This document shows, piece by piece, positions 1 to 7,355 of a DNA stretch of 48,920 bases (position 1 is its first letter; each line of letters begins with the position of its first letter). A program made the translations under genes and the position numbers. The stretch is from a virus (taxonomy: Duplodnaviria; Caudoviricetes), in the IMG/VR virus record IMGVR_UViG_3300017700_000656, positions 1 through 48,920 of that record. The stretch is one strand, 5' to 3'. Under the pieces are notes generated by a model. The model was given only the letters and a program-made list of their open reading frames with translations, had not been told where the DNA came from and did no database searches.

Positions 1-123
1 CGCAAGCATCGCAATAAACGCCCTCTGGGTATTCGTCAAGGTCGGTTGATTCGGCCTTGGCGTTGTCGACGTTCGGCGCGTCGGCCGTTCGACATTGCCG
101 TGAGCAGTACGTAAACACGTTAA
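1..123. repeat. Terminal direct repeat, left copy (circular assembly overlap)
   Basis: 1-123 is identical to 48798-48920. Confidence 0.97.
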
Positions 124-190
124 CGGCTTCGAGGGCGCCGTTAACGCCGATGGCTTCGCGTTCAAATAGGGTCGGTATGCGCCGGCTCAA
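1..190 (-). CDS. 5' part of the junction-spanning hypothetical protein (continues at 48797 down to 48550)
   Basis: TTG at 190 overlaps the TGA of ORF 187-567. The frame reads MSRRIPTLFEREAIGVNGALEAVNVFTYCS... straight into ORF 48550-48915. Confidence 0.7.
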   Translation of the reverse strand, partial: MSRRIPTLFEREAIGVNGALEAVNVFTYCSRQCRTADAPNVDNAKAESTDLDEYPEGVYCDAC

Positions 191-567
191 TGGGTCCGCC
201 CTTCCGCCGTGAATCCGGCCAAGCGGGTGCCGTTGCCGGGTTCGAGCACTCCTAGCACCATGCAAACGTAAAGCATGTCCTCTTGCGTCGGAATCTCGCG
301 CGGCGCCGGCTCGATGGTCCATGCGTCCACGGCTACGCAAAGGCCGGACTGGCACGCGGGGAATTGCAGGAACATGGTTAGAGCTCGGGCCCGGGCCTCG
401 TCGGCACTATCGGCGCCGATGACGCCCAGGCCGGCGCGGCCGTCGTCGGTCAATCGCGGCGTGCTGACAATCCACGGCCGGCGCTGCAGGCCGTACGACG
501 TGCCATCAAACACCACGAGGTCGGTAGACGCGCGCGGCGCCGTGAGTCGGTCTAGGGGCGTCTTCAC
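187..567 (-). CDS. Hypothetical early protein (126 aa)
   Basis: ORF in the coupled minus-strand series with 4-nt start/stop overlaps at both ends. Confidence 0.7.
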   Translation of the reverse strand: MKTPLDRLTAPRASTDLVVFDGTSYGLQRRPWIVSTPRLTDDGRAGLGVIGADSADEARARALTMFLQFPACQSGLCVAVDAWTIEPAPREIPTQEDMLYVCMVLGVLEPGNGTRLAGFTAEGRTH

Positions 568-746
568 TTCGGCACCTGTAGGCCGGCGTCAATGCGCGCC
601 AGTCGTTCGCGGTTCTCGTCGCTGATCGGCTCGTAACACTGGCTGCAGCTGGCATCGCCACAACCAAATTCAACCCCGGCGCGCGGCTGCAGGCCGGCCG
701 GGACTGGTGTCGAATCGTCTTCAAGCTGCGGCCATCGGCGCGTCAT
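564..746 (-). CDS. Small Cys-rich hypothetical protein (60 aa, CGDASCSQC)
   Basis: ATG at 746 overlaps the upstream stop (ATGA). It is the 3' part of track ORF 564-1199. Confidence 0.65.
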   Translation of the reverse strand: MTRRWPQLEDDSTPVPAGLQPRAGVEFGCGDASCSQCYEPISDENRERLARIDAGLQVPK

Positions 747-967
747 CGTCGCACCTTCAAACGCTGCATGAGGTCCGCCGCGCGTTCGTCGCCCTCGCCG
801 GCCAGGCGGATAATTCGCGCGCAGAATTCGGCCGTCATCGGGAGTCCGATTCGCTCGGCATTGGCCTGCAAGGTCTGCATCTTGGCCACGGCGGCCGGGT
901 CCAGGTTGAGCACGCGCGCCACGGTCGCGGCCTTGGCGTTGCCGGCGATCAGGTGGGGGGCCTTCAT
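743..967 (-). CDS. Hypothetical protein (74 aa)
   Basis: ATGA overlaps at both ends; helical composition. Confidence 0.7.
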   Translation of the reverse strand: MKAPHLIAGNAKAATVARVLNLDPAAVAKMQTLQANAERIGLPMTAEFCARIIRLAGEGDERAADLMQRLKVRR

Positions 968-1554
968 CGGTGGTTTCTCGCGCGGTCTTCGTCGCGGTCT
1001 GCCTGCCGGCGTTCGGCGTCCGTCCGATAGGCGCGGTCGGCATGCGTGACGGGCACGCGGGCCGCAATCTGCAGGGCATGCGCCACGAGCACGCGCGGGC
1101 CGTCACCCTGTAGCACGTCGCTGGCGGCCGGCTCTCCGTTGTCCTCAGCTGCGGTGCCGGGAAACACGTCAACGGCCAGGGGTCCATTGGCGGTGCCAAT
1201 GTGGAGAATGCGCCCGCACGAGTCGATCATGCGCAGAAAGCCGGGATATTCGCGGCCGGCGGTCAATCCCAGGTAATGCGCTTCACCTTCGAGGGCGCCC
1301 AGGTCCACGGCCGGCGCCAGGGCGGAATCGGTACGAGCTCGAAGCGATTTCAAGACTTCGGCGGCCTCATCGGCCGTGATGCGCGCCACCGTGGCGGCGC
1401 CGATTCCATAGGTTCGGTTACAAAAGCCGCGCGCATGGTTGCTCGATGCGGCCTCAATCGCCGTGACGCGGCCGGCCTCGGGCCCGCTCGTGACGGTGAC
1501 GCGGTAATACCGCGCGGTGCACGTGGGTTCGCCTTGGATGGGGCCGGCGCTCAT
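964..1554 (-). CDS. Hypothetical protein (196 aa)
   Basis: ATGA-coupled ORF with protein-like composition. Confidence 0.75.
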   Translation of the reverse strand: MSAGPIQGEPTCTARYYRVTVTSGPEAGRVTAIEAASSNHARGFCNRTYGIGAATVARITADEAAEVLKSLRARTDSALAPAVDLGALEGEAHYLGLTAGREYPGFLRMIDSCGRILHIGTANGPLAVDVFPGTAAEDNGEPAASDVLQGDGPRVLVAHALQIAARVPVTHADRAYRTDAERRQADRDEDRARNHR

Positions 1555-1793
1555 TTGCCGGCCTCAATCCATCGCTGGAAGTGAATCGCCTCAATGCGGC
1601 CGTAAATGTCTTCGATGGCTTCATAGGTGGCCAGGGCTACGCGGGCGCCGCTCGGGCCGTCGTGGCGCGACAGTTCCGCCCAAATGCTGGCCAGGTCGCC
1701 AACGTGGTAATACAGCGCCAGGCGTTGCGCCAGGGCCAGGCGTATTTCCTGCTCCGTCGGCCCTTGCGCGGCCGTCTTTCCGGTGGTTGTCAT
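1551..1793 (-). CDS. First early gene, hypothetical (80 aa, MTTTGKTAAQ...)
   Basis: Purine-rich RBS GGAGAGAGGGAAA before the ATG at 1793. Confidence 0.7.
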   Translation of the reverse strand: MTTTGKTAAQGPTEQEIRLALAQRLALYYHVGDLASIWAELSRHDGPSGARVALATYEAIEDIYGRIEAIHFQRWIEAGK

Positions 1794-2430
1794 CGGGTTT
1801 CCCTCTCTCCGCTTGCCGTTACCGTGTCGAACCAAAAACGAGAACGGGCAAGCTTCGCACTTGTCAAGAGGCAAAACAACCGAAAAGTTTATAAAAACGA
1901 CCTCGAACCAAAGATTTAATATTTGCCACAATTGCCGGCGCTCTATATATTCCAACCGTATCAACACCTTACGTGCTCACTGTGTCCAGGTTGACACACT
2001 CACTTACTCTATGGCCCTCGCGCGGCGTGTATGTATTGGCCGGTTCTCTGGAGACTAGGAGGTTCAACCGTTAAATATCAGGAGAATCGAGACTTGCGCC
2101 CTCTGCCGGCCTTGGGTGGCGGCCCTCTGCTCGTGTGTCACCTGCTAATGACACGTCATGGTTTTCGCCCCCTCGATTGTGAGGTGTCAGGCGAAAGGGT
2201 ATGAATTGATTGGGGTATTAGCGAACGTCTGATAATGACGGTTACGATGACCTGCGCGCTTGGTTGGCTAAGTGTAGGACCATGAACGACTTACGCGCGC
2301 GTCATAGCGTAGCAGGTTTCTCGCACGGTTAGCGCGTCATCGCGGGCGCCAGCAGGGGGGGGACGCCCCCAGGATGGGACCCGTCAAGGCACACGTTAAA
2401 CCGTTCAGGATCCAAATTTTTTTTCGATTG
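1794..2430. promoter_or_regulatory. Divergent control region between early and late modules; possible packaging-start region
   Basis: AT-richer and free of convincing ORFs. Contains TTGACA on the minus strand (1862-1867) and plus strand (1991-1996), a GTGTCA-N8-TGACAC inverted repeat (2135-2154), a G8 run (2355-2362) and a T8 run (2417-2424). Confidence 0.55.
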
Positions 2431-2499
2431 ATTGGAGTGGTGATGTTGGAAGCGGGATTTCAGCTGGGTGACGTCGAGATGTCGTTCCTGGTGGCGGGT

Positions 2500-3090
2500 G
2501 TGTGGTGGTTGTTCTTCCGGTGGCACAGGCGTAATTGGAAGGATAAGCCGTTGGAATCGAAGGAGTTACCTTCGTTGTCGGAAGGATTGAAGACTGAAGA
2601 ACGTTTGCCGTCGGATGACCGGTGAGTTATTCGCTGGCGGGTGTGGCTGGGCGCAAGGGGAGTGGAATCTTGCTTTGAGGCAACCGCTGCATTCTTCCGT
2701 GAGTCTCGGACGCTCACCCATGGAAAAGTCTGGAAGTGCTTGAAAACTGGGCAAATAGAGTTCTTGACGACAATTTTTGTCACCTGTGTGTTTTAGCACA
2801 CGGCAACTGGTCTGTTTGCAAGGGGTTGCGGCGGCCGTCAGAGACGGGCTATATCTGGGAATGCGAATACGTTTGTGACCCCATCTGTCACACATCGGCC
2901 TGGGGCTCGAGCTTGACATCGGCGGGTGGGTTGACGGAAGCTGTGGGCCTTCGGGTTGGGCTCCTTCCTTTGCCGGGAGTGCCGAACTACGAGAACCGGT
3001 TGGCCCTTGCGGCGGGCGTGGAATCAACCACTCCCTTCGAAGTTGCTGTCGTTCCCATGACCTTGCCGCGGGGCAACCAACCGAATCCTT
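2500..3090 (+). ncRNA. Candidate large structured ncRNA abutting the tRNA
   Basis: Consecutive nested stems with G-U pairs (2621/2718, 2751/2819, 2822/2882, 2919/2985, 2997/3083), a cUUCGg loop, and loop complementarity between 2658-2665 and 3028-3035. Confidence 0.4.
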
Positions 3091-3092
3091 GG

Positions 3093-3170
3093 CGCGGGGT
3101 AGCTCAGCCTGGTTAGAGCGCGCGGCTCATAACCGCGATGTCGTGGGTTCAAATCCCACTCCCGCAACCA
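3093..3170 (+). tRNA. tRNA-Met(CAT) with initiator-type acceptor stem
   Basis: Full cloverleaf: CGCGGGG/TCCCGCA acceptor with C1:A72 mismatch, GCTC/GAGC D stem, CGCGG-CTCATAA-CCGCG anticodon arm, GTGGG-TTCAAAT-CCCAC T arm, encoded CCA. Confidence 0.95.
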
Positions 3171-3183
3171 CTTCCCGCCGAAA

Positions 3184-3199
3184 TGTTCCATGTGGAACA
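3184..3199. promoter_or_regulatory. parS-like box (ParB/Spo0J site)
   Basis: TGTTCCATGTGGAACA is one base from the palindromic chromosomal parS TGTTCCACGTGGAACA. Confidence 0.7.
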
Positions 3200-3246
3200 A
3201 TTGCCACAGTTGCGCGGCGCGCGGGCGTCGGCGTAAAGTCTGGGCC

Positions 3247-3516
3247 ATGGTGCTTGGCCGACGTTCATTCCTCCGATTTGCGGCCCTGGGCGTGGCGTCG
3301 CTGGCGCTGCCGACGGTGCCGCTGTTTGCGTCCAGCACCGGCGCGCGGGACTACCGGACGGTGGTGATTCCCCAGCGCAAATTGATGGCGCGCATTCGCA
3401 TTACTGGTGAGGCGATGGCGGCGTCGAAGGGGCGGCCGCCGGGTGAGATGTGGCGGCAGGCGTTGCGCGACGAATACGCATCGATCGCGGCGGACTTCGA
3501 GAGGATGGCCAGATGA
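3247..3516 (+). CDS. Twin-arginine-signal protein carrying a major-capsid fragment (89 aa)
   Basis: N-terminus GRRSFLRF plus a hydrophobic stretch. The mature part contains QRKLMARIR, identical to the MCP. Confidence 0.85.
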   Translation: MVLGRRSFLRFAALGVASLALPTVPLFASSTGARDYRTVVIPQRKLMARIRITGEAMAASKGRPPGEMWRQALRDEYASIAADFERMAR

Positions 3517-3953
3517 TTACGCGCCGGATGTTCGTCGCCAGCCTGGGCGCCTTGTCGGCGGCCCTCTCAATTTCGGGGAAGAAAGCGGAAGCCACCGCGG
3601 CGGCATCGGGCGGTTTCGCGGCTGTGGAATTCCGACGGTCTGACCGCTCGGTCTTGGTCCGTCTTCCTCAGCACTGGTGTATCACCGACCTGCAGTTGGC
3701 GATCGCGCAATTCGGGCATCCAGAAAGTGTCTGGGTGGACCATGCGACGCGCCGGCGGATTCTCGAATCGGCGAGGATGACGACGGCGCCAGTAGCGATG
3801 GTCCAAGGCGCCGGCACCGCGCGGGATTACTTCCTGATTGGAGATGCGCTGACGGGCTCGGTTTTGGCGGTGCACGTCGCGCACGAACAACCGAACCACG
3901 TCCGGTTGGTCTACACGTCGGCCGTGCCCGACCCTGTTCCGAGTTGGCGCTGA
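3513..3953 (+). CDS. Twin-arginine-signal protein, possibly capsid A-domain-like (146 aa)
   Basis: ATGA-coupled to the previous gene. N-terminus MITRRMFVASLGALSAALS...AEA. Confidence 0.8.
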   Translation: MITRRMFVASLGALSAALSISGKKAEATAAASGGFAAVEFRRSDRSVLVRLPQHWCITDLQLAIAQFGHPESVWVDHATRRRILESARMTTAPVAMVQGAGTARDYFLIGDALTGSVLAVHVAHEQPNHVRLVYTSAVPDPVPSWR

Positions 3954-3954
3954 G

Positions 3955-4155
3955 ATGCCGTTTCGTTCCGAAGCCCAGCGTAAGCACCTCGAAGCGAACC
4001 ATCCCGAGGTCGCCAAGAAGTTCGCGGCGGACACGCCGACGGACGCCACGTTGCCGGCCCGGGTTGAGCCCCGTGCACGGACCTCGAGGCCGGCGAAAAC
4101 CGGCGAAGACAGCATCCCGTCGATCGCGGCCCGTTTGGTCAACCGGACGTCGTAG
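3955..4155 (+). CDS. Small phage protein of the MPF[KR]SxAQR type (66 aa)
   Basis: N-terminus MPFRSEAQRKHLEANHPEVAKKF resembles a recurrent small phage protein found near head genes. Confidence 0.75.
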   Translation: MPFRSEAQRKHLEANHPEVAKKFAADTPTDATLPARVEPRARTSRPAKTGEDSIPSIAARLVNRTS

Positions 4156-4173
4156 GCGTATCATCCTCCCCGG

Positions 4174-4836
4174 ATGAGTGACACCCCGACCGGCCGGGCG
4201 CTAACGCCTGAGCGATACAGCCCAGAGCCGACGGCGATTTCGAACGCGGGCCCGACCCTCGAACAATTGGAAGACGTGCGCCAGGCGGCGGTCTTGATGA
4301 CGCGGCCGACGGACGAATCCGGCCAGGCCGCCATGGTCAACATGGCCGCGGTGCTCGGGTTCACGATTCAGGGGAAGTCCGAAAAGGAAGTGGCAGAGCT
4401 CACCGGCTTGACGCGCGGCCAGGTGCGACTTGCGCGCCGGGCACTCAAGGAACGGGACATGCTGGGCGACGAAGTGCAGCGTGCCGTCGCGCGGCTGACG
4501 GATGTCGCGTTGCCGCTGGCCGTCGACAACGTGATCGAAAAGCTCGAGGCCGGGTCGGAGAAGTATACCGATCGCGTGCTCGACACGATGGGGTTGGCAC
4601 CGGCGAAACCGGGTGCGCCCGGCGGGGGTGGGCCGACGGCCGCGCCGTTGGTGCCGACCCTCACCCTGAATTTCAACTTGCCGCCCGGGGTGAGTGTCGC
4701 CCGCGCGAACGTCATCCCGCCGAGTGGCAAGGTGATCGGGCGTGGCAAGGATGCGCCTGTGCGCATCTCGAAGGAAGAAGCCGAGTTGAACGCGATCGAC
4801 CTGCCGCCGGAACCGGCGCCCGCCGATGGCTCGTAG
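4174..4836 (+). CDS. terS: Putative terminase small subunit
   Basis: HTH-like segment (KSEKEVAELTGLTRGQVR); lies directly upstream of and overlaps TerL. Confidence 0.6.
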   Translation: MSDTPTGRALTPERYSPEPTAISNAGPTLEQLEDVRQAAVLMTRPTDESGQAAMVNMAAVLGFTIQGKSEKEVAELTGLTRGQVRLARRALKERDMLGDEVQRAVARLTDVALPLAVDNVIEKLEAGSEKYTDRVLDTMGLAPAKPGAPGGGGPTAAPLVPTLTLNFNLPPGVSVARANVIPPSGKVIGRGKDAPVRISKEEAELNAIDLPPEPAPADGS

Positions 4837-6460
4837 TCCGATTTACAACGAAGGTTCGGGGGTAGAGCTTTTCTACAACCCGTTCCAGGTGATGTTCCTC
4901 GACGCCGTGATGGCGCGGCTGGTGAAGTGTCCCGGCTGTTCGAATGCCTTCGACCCCACCGACCAACCCGAAGACGAAAAGGTCTGTCCGTCATGCGTCC
5001 GCAAGTACGGGTCCGCGCTGACGTTTGATGGCGGGCCGAAGTTCGACCGGCTGGCGCTGTTTGCCGGGCGCCGCGGCGGGAAGACGCGCATCGGCGGCGT
5101 CGCCGTCGTCAAGTTGGCGATGGAGAAGCCGAAGCAGTACGGGTGGGTCTGCGCGCCGACGTACGACGACCTCTACGACTTCGTGCAACCGGCCGTCTTC
5201 TCGGTGGTGCCGAAGGAGTGGGTCAAGGATTGGGTGGCGTCGCACCGCGAACTGATCCTCATCAACGACACGCGCATCGCGTTTCGTTCGCTCGATGACC
5301 CGGAAAAGGCGCGCGGCCCGGGCTTGGATTTCCTGTGGATCGATGAGGCCCGCAAGATTCAGGAAGAAGCCTGGTCCACGGCGCTGCCGGCGCTGACGTC
5401 GAACAAGGGCATTGCGATCGTCACCACGAGCCCGAAGGGGTTCGATTGGTGCTGGAAAACCTTCTGGGAAACCGCCGAAGACGGGGAGCCCGGGTACTGG
5501 GCGTCGAAGTACAAGACCCGCGACAACCCCTCGATCGACCCGCGCGAAATCGAACGCGCGCGGCGGACGATGGATCCGCTGTTCTTCCAGCAGGAATTCG
5601 AAGCGGACTTCATCACGTTCTCGGGCGCCATCTACGGCGCCGCCCTCGAGCAGCAGGTGTTGCGGACGGAGGACCAGATTCGCCAGGTGCTCCCCGAATA
5701 TCCGAACGTGCTGCCGTCGCGAAAGGCCATCATCGGCTTGGACCCCGGTGCGGACCATCCGTTTGCCGGCGTCGTGTTGGTCGAAACCGAGGCCGGCCTG
5801 GTGGTGATTTCGGAATATGCCGCGCGCCAGCGCAGCATCCGAGAACATATCGACGGCGTGTTGCAGGGCATTTCCGCGCGGACGGAAGGCCAGGGGCTCG
5901 TGGTCGACAAGTGGGTGATGGACCGGACCCAGCCGCAAGCGTTCCTCGAATTCAACCAGTGGGGCATCTATCCCGATGCGGCCGAACAGGCGGACGTGAA
6001 CGAAGGCATTCGCCGGGTGCAATCGTGGCTCTCGGCGCGCAAGCTGTGGTTCATCGAACCGTGGAACGAAAAGCTGCTCAAGGATTTGCGCTCGTATCGG
6101 TGGGCCGAAGACAAGAGCCGGTTGGGTGAACTGCGCAAGGAACGGCCGTTCAAGAAGAACGATGACCTGCCCGATGCGCTCCGCTACGCCATCATGGGCT
6201 GGCCCGACTTGCCCGGGTGGTTACTTGAAGAAAAACGCGAAGGCGCGTATAACTTCCGTCGACAGGCGAACGACCCGGATTTACAGTGGGTGTATGATCG
6301 CCAAGCTGAAATTCGGCGCAAGGCGACGGCGCCCGCGCCTGGTCTGAACGAATTCGCAAACGCGCAACCGCCCGGCGATGACCTGATGGCAGACCTCGCC
6401 GGCCCAGAAGTGGGCGACATGTTCGGCAACTATCAACGGGTGTACGGTGAAGACTACTGA
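4826..6460 (+). CDS. terL: Terminase large subunit
   Basis: Walker A AGRRGGKT, Walker B FLWIDEA, coupling motif TTSPKG, nuclease motifs IGLDPG and DDLPDALRYA. Confidence 0.95.
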   Translation: MARSPIYNEGSGVELFYNPFQVMFLDAVMARLVKCPGCSNAFDPTDQPEDEKVCPSCVRKYGSALTFDGGPKFDRLALFAGRRGGKTRIGGVAVVKLAMEKPKQYGWVCAPTYDDLYDFVQPAVFSVVPKEWVKDWVASHRELILINDTRIAFRSLDDPEKARGPGLDFLWIDEARKIQEEAWSTALPALTSNKGIAIVTTSPKGFDWCWKTFWETAEDGEPGYWASKYKTRDNPSIDPREIERARRTMDPLFFQQEFEADFITFSGAIYGAALEQQVLRTEDQIRQVLPEYPNVLPSRKAIIGLDPGADHPFAGVVLVETEAGLVVISEYAARQRSIREHIDGVLQGISARTEGQGLVVDKWVMDRTQPQAFLEFNQWGIYPDAAEQADVNEGIRRVQSWLSARKLWFIEPWNEKLLKDLRSYRWAEDKSRLGELRKERPFKKNDDLPDALRYAIMGWPDLPGWLLEEKREGAYNFRRQANDPDLQWVYDRQAEIRRKATAPAPGLNEFANAQPPGDDLMADLAGPEVGDMFGNYQRVYGEDY

Positions 6461-7340
6461 GGCGACCAGTGACAGCACGACTTCTGCGGGCCCTGAACTC
6501 GGTTCGGGTGTGGGTCAACCGGCTGTGGTGGCAGCATCGGGCGATGGCGGCGTACGACGCCGCGGCCCCTATCGGAAGCGCAAGTCCGCTGGCAAGGTTT
6601 CGGCTAAACGAAAACCTGCCGATGCGCGGGCATCTGTTCCGCGTGGTGCGGCTGGTGGACGGCCCCGAACCGGTGATGATGCTGCAACCGATCGCGCCGA
6701 CGCGCGCCCGGGTGAAGCTGGCCGGCGCGGTGGGCAAGCGCCGCCGCCGCATCTTGGAACAGCAAGCGGCACAGGCACTACGCCAGGTTTCACAAGCACA
6801 GGCGGCGGATCGTCGACGGACGCGATCGCCCGGCTCGAAACCAAGTTCGACACCCTAGCCGAACTGCTCTTGCGCCAAGTGGCGCGGGCGCGTGAAGCGG
6901 AGCTCGAGGCCAGTGGCCGCGCGTCCGGTCTACAGCAGACCGTCGAAGTCCTTCGCAACCAGGTGTCGACGTTGCAGCAAACCAACGACGTCCTGATGTC
7001 GCGCGTAATGGGCACGCCGGCGCCCGCGCCGGTCTATGGCAATACGGGGTCCGGCTATCCGTCGGTGGGTCTGCCTGATTTCGTCGGCGGCGTGCCCGCC
7101 GGTTCCCCGATCCCGCAGCATGTGCGGCCTGTGGCGCAAGCCCACTTTGAAATTCCCGACGTCGGTCTGCCGGTCCCAGGGCCCGCGCGTCCGCGTGGTC
7201 CGGCGGCGCCGGCCGGCTACGACTTCGGGACCGACCTTGCGAAAGCGGTCGATTTCTCCGACATGGGCGACGATGAAGCCAGGCGTCAAGGCATCAAGGA
7301 AGACGAAACCACCGGGGCTCTCACCGGGATGCGCAACTAG
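6447..7340 (+). CDS. Hypothetical coiled-coil protein between TerL and portal (true start uncertain)
   Basis: The C-terminal half is a clear coiled coil plus a Pro-rich tail. The 5' half overlaps ORF 6469-6858. Confidence 0.6.
   Translation: MKTTEATSDSTTSAGPELGSGVGQPAVVAASGDGGVRRRGPYRKRKSAGKVSAKRKPADARASVPRGAAGGRPRTGDDAATDRADARPGEAGRRGGQAPPPHLGTASGTGTTPGFTSTGGGSSTDAIARLETKFDTLAELLLRQVARAREAELEASGRASGLQQTVEVLRNQVSTLQQTNDVLMSRVMGTPAPAPVYGNTGSGYPSVGLPDFVGGVPAGSPIPQHVRPVAQAHFEIPDVGLPVPGPARPRGPAAPAGYDFGTDLAKAVDFSDMGDDEARRQGIKEDETTGALTGMRN
6469..6858 (+). CDS. Basic hypothetical protein (129 aa)
   Basis: GAGG RBS before GTG; globular-looking core FRLNENLPMRGHLFRVV. Confidence 0.6.
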   Translation: MTARLLRALNSVRVWVNRLWWQHRAMAAYDAAAPIGSASPLARFRLNENLPMRGHLFRVVRLVDGPEPVMMLQPIAPTRARVKLAGAVGKRRRRILEQQAAQALRQVSQAQAADRRRTRSPGSKPSSTP

Positions 7341-7355
7341 CAGCACAAAGGCCCA

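Noticed and set aside
1-123. Biological terminal repeat or att site
   Set aside because: It is an exact copy that falls in the middle of a gene, which is best explained as assembler overlap of a circular contig.
2650-3010. RNase P RNA (GGAAAAGTCTGG at 2722 and GAGAACCGGTT at 2991 resemble CR-I and CR-V)
   Set aside because: P4 pairing would be weak and I cannot find CR-II/III, P2 or the GGUAA loops. A cmscan run would settle it.
2374-3116. Track ORFs 2374-2625 and 2736-3116 as genes
   Set aside because: They have weak starts and atypical composition, and one runs into the tRNA. A small membrane protein in 2374-2625 cannot be fully excluded.
1794-3246. Integrase, attP or repressor switch near the tRNA
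   Set aside because: I recognised no recombinase or CI-like gene anywhere, and no duplicated tRNA 3' end.
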